Below, piece after piece: positions 1 to 8,230 of a stretch of 14,974 nucleotides of DNA. A model generated the notes under the pieces. It was not told where the DNA came from. It ran no database searches and saw only the letters and a list, made by a program, of their open reading frames with translations. The stretch's first letter is position 1; each line of letters starts with the position of its first letter. Position numbers and translations under genes: made by a program. This stretch comes from a virus: the UHGV virus genome UHGV-0084874; one strand, written 5' to 3'.

Positions 1-123
1 ATGGCAGAAGGGAGACTACAGCCCGCAATACGAAAAAGGCCGCGCAGTTGCGCAGAGTGATTACTATGGGGTATTATTCGCCAGCTGAAATATTACTTCA
101 CGTTTTATTGTTTATTCCTTGCC

Positions 124-151
124 GCCCGCGTCTCCCAGCGCGGGCTTTTTT
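124..151 (+). terminator. Rho-independent terminator
   Basis: GC stem gcccgcg (124-130) pairs with cgcgggc (139-145) around an 8-nt loop, followed by tttttt (146-151). An in-frame stop at 55-57 could close a plus-strand CDS entering from the left edge. Confidence 0.5.
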
Positions 152-154
152 GTC

Positions 155-181
155 CATAAGAAAGCCCCTCCGGAGAGGGGC
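155..181 (-). terminator. Intrinsic terminator ending module A (leftward)
   Basis: Stem gcccctc/gaggggc (164-181) with loop cgga; the minus strand then reads a U-rich tract (cuuucuuau, from plus 155-163). Confidence 0.45.
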
Positions 182-420
182 TGAAGCCGCATTTCTGTAT
201 CACCATGAACATGGTGCCGGGTGCCTCCCGGTGAGTTCAGCCCGGTGCCACTAAACCCGCGTCATTCTCGTTTTGATAATCAGAGATTATACCGTCACCA
301 GTCGCCCCTCCGCTCAGGGGGATTCACCATGCGAAATTTTTTTAACAAATGCCCAGTCTGACAGGCAACTGTCAACTTACTGAATTGTGAGCAACATAGC
401 ATTTAACGGGGAACCTGTTT
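155..420 (-). repeat. Repeat module copy A (~250 bp), diverged paralog of 642-905
   Basis: Shares near-identical blocks with copy B: aaagcccctccggagaggggctg, atggtgccgggtgcctcccggtgagttcag, gcccctccgc(t/a)cagggggattcaccatgc, ctgaattgtgag, tttaacgggg. Intervening segments are diverged. No conserved ORF. Confidence 0.6.
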
Positions 421-424
421 TCTG

Positions 425-456
425 CAGTAAAAAGGCCCACCGGAGCGGATGGGCCT
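425..456 (-). terminator. Intrinsic terminator (leftward)
   Basis: 7-bp stem aggccca/tgggcct (433-439 / 450-456) around loop ccggagcgga; the minus strand then reads uuuuacu (plus 426-432). Confidence 0.5.
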
Positions 457-641
457 GGAAGGATAGCGGTCATGTGATGCCGGTTTCCCGGTAACTCAGC
501 ACCGGTATCTGAGTCAACGTTTTCTCTACTGGGTCATTTCCGATACGCCCTGCCTGCTGACAGGCTTTCATCACATCTGAAAATATAGCACCCTGACTGA
601 TACTGTAGTACCCAAGGTTCCAGAAACTGTGATGTATCCGG

Positions 642-668
642 CACAGAAAAGCCCCTCCGGAGAGGGGC
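642..668 (-). terminator. Intrinsic terminator ending module B (leftward)
   Basis: Same stem gcccctc-cgga-gaggggc (651-668); the minus strand then reads uuuucugug (plus 642-650). Confidence 0.5.
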
Positions 669-905
669 TGGAGAGTGGCGCTATGTGCCATTGCATGGTG
701 CCGGGTGCCTCCCGGTGAGTTCAGTATCAGCACCTGAACCCGCACAGAAAGGATAAGGGTCGGTGACAAAACACCAGTTGCTGATTGCCCCTCCGCACAG
801 GGGGATTCACCATGCCAGTTTCTTTTAACAAACTCCCCGCAAACCAGACAACAGTCAACCGCCTGAATTGTGAGGTATTTAAAAATTTCAACGGGTAACT
901 GATAC
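642..905 (-). repeat. Repeat module copy B (~250 bp), diverged paralog of 155-420
   Basis: Same conserved blocks as copy A in the same order, offset by ~490 bp. ORF 470-769 overlapping it is not conserved in copy A. Confidence 0.6.
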
Positions 906-998
906 CCTGCTAATCGCCTGATGCTTTCTTTTTCAGCAACGGGAAAGCAACAACCACCACACCCACCAGCCGCCCATTTACCACAAATAAAAAAGCCT

Positions 999-1196
999 TC
1001 ACTGCGGAAGGCGTCTGTAACAACCGAACTGATAGTCTGCCAGACCCGCCATAACCAGCTGGGTCAGTATTAACTGGCAGCGTTCGCGTGAAAGGTAAGT
1101 ATTCTGCGCTATCTCCCCGACTGTCGCCGGTTCGGTAACTCTTAATTCATTAAACACTACTCTGGCGGTTTCTGTCATATCCTGCTGTTTTAGCAT
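999..1196 (-). CDS. Hypothetical small protein (~65 aa), possible winged-helix DNA-binding fold
   Basis: From ORF 999-1283; start re-assigned to the ATG at 1194-1196 (MLKQQDMTETARVV...) with a GGGA-type RBS ~8 nt upstream. The segment VGEIAQNTYLSRERCQLILTQLV looks HTH-like. No family recognised. Confidence 0.35.
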   Translation of the reverse strand: MLKQQDMTETARVVFNELRVTEPATVGEIAQNTYLSRERCQLILTQLVMAGLADYQFGCYRRLPQ

Positions 1197-1316
1197 GTCT
1201 TTTTCCCTTTTCCGGTTAACGTGACACACCAATAACTCTTGTCGAAAAAGCCAGCAAGCTGAAAGACAGGTATTCACCGCCACCAGCGCGTTTAACGTAC
1301 TGGTCCGATTTCAGGC

Positions 1317-1340
1317 ATAAAAAACCCGCCTGACGGCGGA
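1317..1340 (-). terminator. Intrinsic terminator (leftward)
   Basis: Stem ccgcc/ggcgg (1326-1339) with loop tgac; the minus strand then reads guuuuuua (plus 1317-1324). Confidence 0.45.
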
Positions 1341-1661
1341 TTTAAGCTATGTGGCGAAGTAACCACTCTTAACATGGTATTTATTTTTTTACGATCGTAA
1401 AGCATTCTGGAAAAAATTTTTAAGACTTACATCATGCTTTCATAACTTGAGCGCCGTATATAGCCACTGAACGGGAGCTGGTAAATAAGATTCCCCTCAG
1501 ACACGAACAGCCATCTAAGTATGGAATTGCAAGACCAATGAAACTTGATGTTTCTTAAGCAATCTTCAAACAACAAACAGCCTCGTTACAGTTGTCAAGC
1601 TATCTTGACGCCATTAGAAACGATGATGAAAATAGACACTCCTACACACAGAGGATATATC

Positions 1662-2819
1662 ATGGAAAACTTTGCAAATAAGTTAAAATCTCACGCAGAG
1701 CATGTTGCAAACATGGGGTGCTTCTGTAATACAGAGGAAACAACCAAACAGGCATTAATCATGCCTTTTCTAGATATTTTAGGCTTTACTCCATACGACC
1801 CACGAAAAGTGAAGGCAGAGTATAGCGCAGACTTCCCAGGGGTAAAGATTAACGAACGAGTTGATTACGCTTTATTTTGTCATGATGTTCCCGTGATGTT
1901 TATTGAAGCAAAATCATTTTCAGAAAAAATTGACAATCATTGCCCACAGCTTTCTAGATATTTCAACTCTACCCCAGAAGTCACCATTTCTGCTATAACA
2001 AATGGAATTGAATGGCGTTTTTTTACGGATCTAAAACAAAAAAACATTATGGATTCGTCTCCTTTCTTAAAATTAAGAATGGACTCACTTAACGATTCAG
2101 ATATTTCACAGTTATTCCGCTTCAGATATGACAAATTTAAGCCAGAGGCATTAAGGACGCTTGCAGAGGAAAGCGTCTATCTAAACGCATTCACAAAAAC
2201 CATAAGCTCAAGTCTTAGAGAGGTTGATCCTGAATTTGTCAGATATGTTGCCAGTCGTTCAAATATCGAGCGTCAACTAAACCAGCGATTCCTTGAATCT
2301 GTCACGCCACTGGTCAAACAAGCTGTAAAACGAGCAGTAAGTGCCATGGTGGTTTCTGGCCTTTCAACACAACCACCTACAGAATCTGCAGAGGATGTGG
2401 AAAAGTCTTCTGTAGATACCGATATCGTCAATGAAGATAACCCCAATATAATAACCACAAAGAAAGAATTAGAACTTTTCGAAAGAATAAAGCAAATCAT
2501 TCAAACAGAAGATAATATTGAATACAAAGATACCGAATCATACTTTGGAATTCTTTTAGATGGAAAAAGTAATAGATGGATTTTAAGATTTTACGACAAA
2601 AAATCATCCTTTATCCTGCTACCGATATCGTTCAACGAAATTCAATTAAACGAAATAAAAAGGGCTAGACTGGAAACTGATGGTCGAAAAATCCACATAA
2701 CAAATCCAGAAGACATACTGCGTATATCTGGATTAATTCTAGATGCGTTTGAGTATGTAAAAAACGATGACAATTTCAGGAGAGGGACAAAAACAACTCT
2801 CTCAGAAAACATCGAATAA
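1662..2819 (+). CDS. PD-(D/E)xK nuclease-domain protein (type I restriction HsdR N-terminal-like fold) with an uncharacterised ~200-aa C-terminal region; candidate defence moron
   Basis: 424-codon ORF in markedly AT-rich DNA, far longer than chance allows there. Start re-assigned to the ATG at 1662 (MENFANKLK...), which has a GAGGA RBS 8 nt upstream. The N-terminal segment ...TKQALIMPFLDILG...VDYALF...VMFIEAKSF... gives the E / D / E-x-K pattern of HsdR_N-type nucleases. It is on the opposite strand to all flanking phage genes. Confidence 0.75.
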   Translation: MENFANKLKSHAEHVANMGCFCNTEETTKQALIMPFLDILGFTPYDPRKVKAEYSADFPGVKINERVDYALFCHDVPVMFIEAKSFSEKIDNHCPQLSRYFNSTPEVTISAITNGIEWRFFTDLKQKNIMDSSPFLKLRMDSLNDSDISQLFRFRYDKFKPEALRTLAEESVYLNAFTKTISSSLREVDPEFVRYVASRSNIERQLNQRFLESVTPLVKQAVKRAVSAMVVSGLSTQPPTESAEDVEKSSVDTDIVNEDNPNIITTKKELELFERIKQIIQTEDNIEYKDTESYFGILLDGKSNRWILRFYDKKSSFILLPISFNEIQLNEIKRARLETDGRKIHITNPEDILRISGLILDAFEYVKNDDNFRRGTKTTLSENIE

Positions 2820-2892
2820 ATTAGACTATAAACAACACCCAACTTACATGTCCGGTGTTCCAATCCCGACGCAAATATTTCTAATGTGTGGG

Positions 2893-2922
2893 AATATAGA
2901 CCCGGACAATGTATCTAGTCAA
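2893..2922 (-). promoter_or_regulatory. Candidate late promoter (pR'-like) just downstream of the Q-like gene
   Basis: On the minus strand: TTGACT (plus 2917-2922), 18-nt spacer, TATATT (plus 2893-2898), beginning 5 nt after the Q stop codon. Position matches lambdoid Q-pR' organisation. The 18-nt spacer is suboptimal and no clear tR' lies downstream. Confidence 0.35.
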
Positions 2923-2926
2923 GCAC

Positions 2927-3310
2927 CTACATAATTCGTTCTACATATCTGTCCATCTCCAGCCGGATATCAAGCATCATCAAAATACCATCAATCACCC
3001 CTTCGGCTTTCTGAAGACGTTTACCAATGCAGGTGTCAGAGCATCTATGCTTACGCGCCAGACTCATAAAAGTCATTCCAATGACATAATAATCCACCAA
3101 TAAATCATGCAAATCACTGTTGTTTTTTTTCAAGCGGGCCATGCATCCACAAACGATCATCGCGTCATCGTCGCAACATTGCGGACGAGACTTAACTTTT
3201 GAAGAGATTAGTCCTTTAAATCCAGCAGCAATCGGTGACCAAGTCACATCCTCATGATTGTTTGCAACCCATGCTCCCCAGCGTTCGAGAACCATCTGAA
3301 TATCACGCAT
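2927..3310 (-). CDS. Late-gene antiterminator Q (phage 82 / DLP12 QuuD-like family)
   Basis: 127 aa from the ATG at 3308-3310 ([14 protein letters not shown]...), with a GGAG RBS 7 nt upstream; the ORF-track start at 3325 is a TTG. Cys-rich segment [17 protein letters not shown] is consistent with the zinc-binding Q family. Identification is from memory of the family, not a search. Confidence 0.6.
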   Translation of the reverse strand: MRDIQMVLERWGAWVANNHEDVTWSPIAAGFKGLISSKVKSRPQCCDDDAMIVCGCMARLKKNNSDLHDLLVDYYVIGMTFMSLARKHRCSDTCIGKRLQKAEGVIDGILMMLDIRLEMDRYVERIM

Positions 3311-3327
3311 CAACTTTCTCCACAAAA

Positions 3328-4347
3328 TCAGGACAGCACACCAATCGCCAGCGCGCGATCGATAAAACGAAATATCAGCTCCAGTTGGGAACCATACTTC
3401 TCTTCAAATGCCACGGTATCCGCATGCAGTCCGTCATGGTGTTTTCTGCACAAAGGCAACACAAAAAGGTCATGCGCTTTTGTACCCATTCCACCCTGAC
3501 CATGACCAATCAGGTGATGAGGATCGTCGGCTGGCTTACCACAACATGCACACGGCTGCGTCTTAACCCAGCGCGTGTACTTTTCATTAACCCAGCGACG
3601 ACGTTTTGGGCGTAACATAAAAGACTCCGGCGACTCCGGATCCACTTTCAGCGCCAGCACCTTTTTCGCCTTATCCTGGATGATGCTGGTGGCAGTAACC
3701 GAAGGCACAAGGTCACTTTCCCGGGTGACAGACGGCACAACAGGCTTCGGTAATCTCAGTGCCTTACGGGCTGCACTTTCCGGTAAGGCATCCGCCAGGT
3801 CATTACGAATCAGCCACCAGCACAGTTCCGGCATTGTCACAACGTGACTGTCATCAAAACCAAGATCACGGCGCACAACAGATAACACCCAGCGGGCACA
3901 GTTATCCGTTGCCATTGCTTCCAGCCGTTCCGTGAACTGGTCACGGAGAAGATTGTCACAGTGCCAGCACAGACGGATTGCACCCGGCGCGTGTCGCATT
4001 GTGGTCATGTTCTCGCTGTGCCATCCGGAATGAGGCCACTGACAGCCCTTTTCACGAAGTAACCAGCTTTCAAGACATTCCACCCCACCAGTACAACGAA
4101 TAACTGCCTCATTGCGGAACACGGCCCGAACGGCAGGATCATCCGCCAGCGGTTGTGATGCTGCCGGAACGGCACCGCTGGCGAAAGATGAATAACGTTC
4201 CGGCTCAGGCTCCAGCAGGACACGCCCCTGCATAAACAGGGGCATCAGCTCTGAACCGGGCCTGAACAATACAATCCCCATACGCGGGGCAATTTCAGGG
4301 GTCAGCAGTGCTCTCACGGTCACCTCAGCAAACGATATTGAATGCAT
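3328..4347 (-). CDS. DUF968-family protein (YdfU/YfdN-like) with HNH-like Cys/His motif
   Basis: 339-aa ORF. C-terminal segment [44 protein letters not shown] is a CxxC...HH...HH arrangement typical of DUF968/HNH-like lambdoid proteins. Internal PSVT repeats. Confidence 0.65.
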   Translation of the reverse strand: MHSISFAEVTVRALLTPEIAPRMGIVLFRPGSELMPLFMQGRVLLEPEPERYSSFASGAVPAASQPLADDPAVRAVFRNEAVIRCTGGVECLESWLLREKGCQWPHSGWHSENMTTMRHAPGAIRLCWHCDNLLRDQFTERLEAMATDNCARWVLSVVRRDLGFDDSHVVTMPELCWWLIRNDLADALPESAARKALRLPKPVVPSVTRESDLVPSVTATSIIQDKAKKVLALKVDPESPESFMLRPKRRRWVNEKYTRWVKTQPCACCGKPADDPHHLIGHGQGGMGTKAHDLFVLPLCRKHHDGLHADTVAFEEKYGSQLELIFRFIDRALAIGVLS

Positions 4348-4368
4348 ACAGAGAAAAAAACTCAGTCA

Positions 4369-4626
4369 TCACGCAGTAAACTCCTTCACCAGTATTTCAA
4401 ACTGGCTTACCTGTCCTTCCAGTTCCGCCACGCAATCCACCAGCTCATCCACCGCCTTTTGTGTGCGGTGTTTTGCCTGCAGCAGATCACGAAGCGCCGG
4501 AGTAAGCTGCTTGCGGAGCGTATCTTTTTTCACGCTCGTTTTTTCCATCTGTTCAGCACAACGAAGCATCTCCTGCGCCTGCCGACGAAGTTGTTCCGGT
4601 GAAACAGTGATTGTTCTGTTGTTCAA
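4369..4626 (-). CDS. Hypothetical protein (85 aa, predicted coiled-coil)
   Basis: Start ATG overlaps the DnaB-like stop (ATGA at 4623-4626), indicating translational coupling within the operon. Confidence 0.5.
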   Translation of the reverse strand: MNNRTITVSPEQLRRQAQEMLRCAEQMEKTSVKKDTLRKQLTPALRDLLQAKHRTQKAVDELVDCVAELEGQVSQFEILVKEFTA

Positions 4627-6023
4627 AATAAACGCTCCGTTTTACTGCCCGACATGCGGTTATTGCTGTATCTGCGCGGATTGCCCGGCGTCATGGGTGT
4701 GGAAAGAACCCGGGCACTCTCCTGGTCCACAGGCAGAAAATGTCCGTTATGAAAACGCCGGTAAATGGTCCCGAGCGTGCCATTACGCTGTTTCGTGATG
4801 TTGATTTCTGCTATGCCTCTGGCCTGAGTTTCCGGGTTGTATACCTCATCCCTGTAAAGCATCAGAATGATGTCGGCATCCGCCTCGATTTCCCCGGAGT
4901 TTTTCAGGTCCGAGTTCATTGGGCGTTTATTGGGTCTGGATTCCACGCCGCGGGAGAGCTGGCTCAGAGCAATCAGCGGAAAACCGCCGGATTTTGCCAG
5001 GCTTTTAAGTCCCTTTGAGATTTCCCCCACCGCAAGGTCGTGACGCCCCGTGCTGCGGGTTTTAATCAGGCCGAGGTAATCGACCACCACCAGCGCCGTT
5101 TCCGGGTGTTTCATCCGGTGGTGCTTCGTGGTTGCACATATCTCATCAATGGTCAGGTTTGCCTGGTCCACCATCCAGATATTACGCCCCGTCATTCGTC
5201 CCACGCCCTGCGAGAAACGCGCCCAGTCTTCATCTTCAAAACGGGCAACAGACTTAAGACGGGATACCGGCATTCCACCGGCAGCAGACACCATACGTTC
5301 ACCAATCTGGATGTTCGCCATCTCCATGGTGAACAGAAGCACGCCATGCCCCTGCTCAGTCACCTTGTCGATGATGTCCAGCGCAAGTTCGGTTTTCCCC
5401 ATCGAAGGACGGGCGGCAATGAATACCAGGTCTCCGGGCTCCATACCGCCCGTTTTTGCGTCCAGTTCATCAATACCGGTCATCAGCGCCCTGGATTTCT
5501 CCAGTCCCTGATTGCGGCATTCAACACGGTCGACCACTTCCGGAAGGACATCATCAATGTGAACCGGCTGAATGACGCCCTTTCCGGTCGACAGTGAGGC
5601 CATCATGTTCTGCACATCCTTCAGGGCATCCTCGGCTGCTTCACAGGTATACGCATCACGTAAATTCTGTAATGCTTCAGTCAGTGTTTTTTCTGCATCG
5701 CGCAGTGCGGCATTGCGCCGCAACGCTGCGACATAGTGCTCCAGTGAAGACTTCACCCAGGTTTTGCGTCCGGTGTCGGTAATCACCGGGGCAAGTTCCG
5801 GCATCTCATTGCACAGCAGTACGGGGTCAATGACGCCGGATATGCGAGCCTGTCTGCAAATCCCCGCGTAAATATCCCGGTACTGACGCACAAAAAATAC
5901 ATCCGCCGGAAGTGTGGCCAGAATATCCATCACTTCCGGATCGGCCCCACGCAGAAAAAACGCACCGATGACAGCGCCTTCCAGGTCATCGTTACGCCAT
6001 GCCGGGGTGTTCTGGCTGGTCAT
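4623..6023 (-). CDS. Replicative DNA helicase, DnaB family (phage P-like function)
   Basis: 466 aa with Walker A ARPSMGKT and DnaB-like C-terminal motifs (LSQLSR, ADADIILMLYRDEVY). GGAGG RBS 9 nt upstream of the ATG; start overlaps the upstream stop. Confidence 0.88.
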   Translation of the reverse strand: MTSQNTPAWRNDDLEGAVIGAFFLRGADPEVMDILATLPADVFFVRQYRDIYAGICRQARISGVIDPVLLCNEMPELAPVITDTGRKTWVKSSLEHYVAALRRNAALRDAEKTLTEALQNLRDAYTCEAAEDALKDVQNMMASLSTGKGVIQPVHIDDVLPEVVDRVECRNQGLEKSRALMTGIDELDAKTGGMEPGDLVFIAARPSMGKTELALDIIDKVTEQGHGVLLFTMEMANIQIGERMVSAAGGMPVSRLKSVARFEDEDWARFSQGVGRMTGRNIWMVDQANLTIDEICATTKHHRMKHPETALVVVDYLGLIKTRSTGRHDLAVGEISKGLKSLAKSGGFPLIALSQLSRGVESRPNKRPMNSDLKNSGEIEADADIILMLYRDEVYNPETQARGIAEINITKQRNGTLGTIYRRFHNGHFLPVDQESARVLSTPMTPGNPRRYSNNRMSGSKTERLF

Positions 6024-6928
6024 GCGGCAACACCTCCGATACGAGAACGGTAGCTGGGCCAGTTAAACGACAACCAGTTGCGCCCGCCATCGGTGATCCT
6101 GTCGGCAATCCGGGGACTGATGAACGCCCACAATTCTTCCGGTGAAAGATTGCTGATCAAGATAGTTGGCAAAATACCCTCATACCGGGCATTGATAATT
6201 TCCTGCAAAATGGCCATTTCAGCCGCACTGCCAAACTGAACGCCGACTTCGTCGACAATCAGCAAATCCAGTGACGCATAATGCTCAATGACGTCATCCG
6301 CTGTTTTTTCACTGTCATTCCGCCAGCAGTTTTTCACAGCCCGGGTAAGGCGCATCACGTCGGTGATCTCCACACTGGCCAGATAGTTACGGATGATGTG
6401 TTTTGCCATTGATACCGCCAGATGATTTTTCCCGGTACCGCAACTGCCGGTCATAACAAGACTGGTACCGTTCTCCAGCATATCTGGCCAGTTCTCCGCA
6501 TAGCGGCGACAGGCCGCAAGATTTCTGGCTGCGTCAGGATTAACCTCCAGATAATTATCAAACTCGCAGTCCCGAAAACGCAGAGCAATTCCGGCGTTAT
6601 CAGTCAGTTCTTCCGCCTTGAGGGACGACAGTTCCATGGTCAAATCACTGGCCTCAGCGATCAAGCAGTCAGGGCAGCATGAAATTTTTTCTCTGTCCTC
6701 GCCATTACGATCGATCCACACCAGTATATGCGTACGATATTTACCGTGTTTTTCGCAATATCCGCGACCTTCACGCATCAGGCAGGAACGATAAGGCCAT
6801 GGCTTTTCGCCCTTCTGAGCAAATGCAATCTCTGCCCGTAACTCATCCATTTCTGCCCGTAAATCATCCATTCGCGCCTGTAGTCTTGTTTGTTTCTCAC
6901 GTTGGTCAATCGTCATCATCGCTGTCAC
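6020..6928 (-). CDS. DnaC/IstB-like AAA+ helicase loader with N-terminal coiled-coil and Cys-rich segment
   Basis: Walker A GSCGTGKNHLA and Walker B LLIVDEVG. The ORF-track start is a GTG; the ATG three codons downstream (start near 6919) has a GAGG RBS and is the more likely true start. Confidence 0.82.
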   Translation of the reverse strand: MTAMMTIDQREKQTRLQARMDDLRAEMDELRAEIAFAQKGEKPWPYRSCLMREGRGYCEKHGKYRTHILVWIDRNGEDREKISCCPDCLIAEASDLTMELSSLKAEELTDNAGIALRFRDCEFDNYLEVNPDAARNLAACRRYAENWPDMLENGTSLVMTGSCGTGKNHLAVSMAKHIIRNYLASVEITDVMRLTRAVKNCWRNDSEKTADDVIEHYASLDLLIVDEVGVQFGSAAEMAILQEIINARYEGILPTILISNLSPEELWAFISPRIADRITDGGRNWLSFNWPSYRSRIGGVAA

Positions 6929-6929
6929 C

Positions 6930-7934
6930 TCAGAATGTCAATTTGTTACTGGATTTACCAAATTTGTCAGACATGGCTCCCAGGCCAGCCAGGACATCGA
7001 CCTGTCGCTGTCGCCCACCTCCGTGAGCGGCTGGCTGTTGCCAGTAATCTTCGAAGTGACGATCGGGTCCAAAGAACGTCGCAGCCTGCTTCACGAACTG
7101 TGTGCCGGTATTTCCTGTAGCACGTACCCAGGCGGCATACCGCTTCACGCCATCAAGCATGGTCTCCGGTTTTATTCCCTCCCTGATACGGGCTTTCCAG
7201 GCTTTGAAGGCTGCTGACTTGGAATTGCCACCAGCACGTTTGGGATATTCCTGCCAGGCCTGTTCAAATTCCGGTGAATATTCCTGTCTGGCAGAACGCG
7301 CTGGTGCAGACGCGTCAGCGGATGCGCCAATAGTGTTTTTAGTCTCCGTTGTAATCTCTGTAGTAATCTCTGTAGTAATCTCTGTATTTGTATCAACATT
7401 CGCCGTATCCCCTGTTCCGTTACGACGTCGGGGGGTGTTCCGTTTTAACGTAATAGCTGTATCGCTGATTGCATTATTGCTGTTACTTTCTGGCGAAACA
7501 GAAGAAGGTGTGGTGATGGCCGCAATTGCCTGTGGGTTGATCCCGACAAACAAAATATTGCTACATTTCACCCCATCGAGCATTTCCACCGTGCGTAAAT
7601 CCAGAGTAATAAACCCGGCATCACGGAGACGCTTCAGCGCATCTGCGGTTTCCCTTTTCCCGAAACCAAACTGCTCAGCAAACGCCTGGTAGCTTCTTTG
7701 CAGTTTGTCGCCCTGAAAACGCTTGCGATATCCCAGCAACGCTCCGGTGTGCTCATCCCTGACCTCTGTCGGGCGGTACCAGTAAACGATCTCTGAAAGC
7801 AGAGCGATAGCCGTCGCATCCGGACGCCCACTGGGTAGTCGAATATATTTCCACCAGGTCGCAGGTGTAACATTGCCGGAAATATTAATTTGACCAATAG
7901 CCATAACTTCCGGTGTGGGGGCGTAACGGCTCAT
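6930..7934 (-). CDS. Replication initiator, lambda O-like (yfdO-like), carrying origin iterons
   Basis: 334 aa with a strong AAGGAGG RBS 5 nt upstream. The central linker is encoded by tandem 12-bp repeats (TEITTEITTEITTE), matching the lambdoid arrangement of ori iterons inside the O gene. Confidence 0.78.
   Translation of the reverse strand: MSRYAPTPEVMAIGQINISGNVTPATWWKYIRLPSGRPDATAIALLSEIVYWYRPTEVRDEHTGALLGYRKRFQGDKLQRSYQAFAEQFGFGKRETADALKRLRDAGFITLDLRTVEMLDGVKCSNILFVGINPQAIAAITTPSSVSPESNSNNAISDTAITLKRNTPRRRNGTGDTANVDTNTEITTEITTEITTETKNTIGASADASAPARSARQEYSPEFEQAWQEYPKRAGGNSKSAAFKAWKARIREGIKPETMLDGVKRYAAWVRATGNTGTQFVKQAATFFGPDRHFEDYWQQPAAHGGGRQRQVDVLAGLGAMSDKFGKSSNKLTF
7342..7390. repeat. 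Candidate replication origin iterons: 3 perfect plus ~2 degenerate copies of a 12-bp unit
   Basis: gtaatctctgta repeated exactly three times (7351-7386), with degenerate copies on each side. Located mid-gene in the O-like CDS. Confidence 0.6.
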
Positions 7935-8230
7935 ACAACCTCCTTCCGCAGCATGAGAATTGTGTAGCCACGCGCAGGTTGTAGTCTGGCTTTTGCATCA
8001 ATAGTAAGCGTTGCAATTTTTCGGATATGAAGATAACCAGCTCTTTCCAGTGCCAGGGTTTCCCTGAATATCGCTTGCTTAGAACAACAGCAGAAATCAG
8101 CAAGCACCTGATGATCAATAACTCTCTCGCCTTCACCGTCTGAAGAACCCGACATCAAAACACGCAACATAATCAGGCGCTGAATCGGGTTATCGAAAGC
8201 ACATCCGCACACAAACTGAAAACAGTTCAC
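7931..8230 (-). CDS. Hypothetical protein (99 aa), possible HTH
   Basis: GTG start overlaps the stop of the upstream ORF (GTGA), with a GGAGG RBS 7 nt upstream; its own stop overlaps the O-like start. Confidence 0.5.
   Translation of the reverse strand: MNCFQFVCGCAFDNPIQRLIMLRVLMSGSSDGEGERVIDHQVLADFCCCSKQAIFRETLALERAGYLHIRKIATLTIDAKARLQPARGYTILMLRKEVV

Noticed and set aside
48-254. 68-aa plus-strand ORF
   Set aside because: Spans two terminator hairpins and the start of repeat module A; no RBS and no conservation with copy B.
385-395. lac-operator-like aattgtgagc motif in the repeat modules
   Set aside because: Only a half-site-length match with no dyad partner; judged coincidental.
470-769. 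99-aa minus-strand ORF
   Set aside because: Overlaps the module B terminator and conserved hairpin blocks, and runs into the terminator at 425-456. Not conserved in copy A.
5040-5597. Plus-strand ORFs antisense to the DnaB-like gene (5040-5597, 5128-5511, 4740-5018, 5594-5782)
   Set aside because: They lie inside a motif-bearing helicase gene on the opposite strand and are typical antisense artefacts of GC-rich coding sequence.
7102-7692. 196-aa plus-strand ORF antisense to the O-like gene
   Set aside because: Low-complexity translation of the iteron repeats (VVISVVISVVIS); the opposite-strand O-like gene has a strong RBS and domain content.
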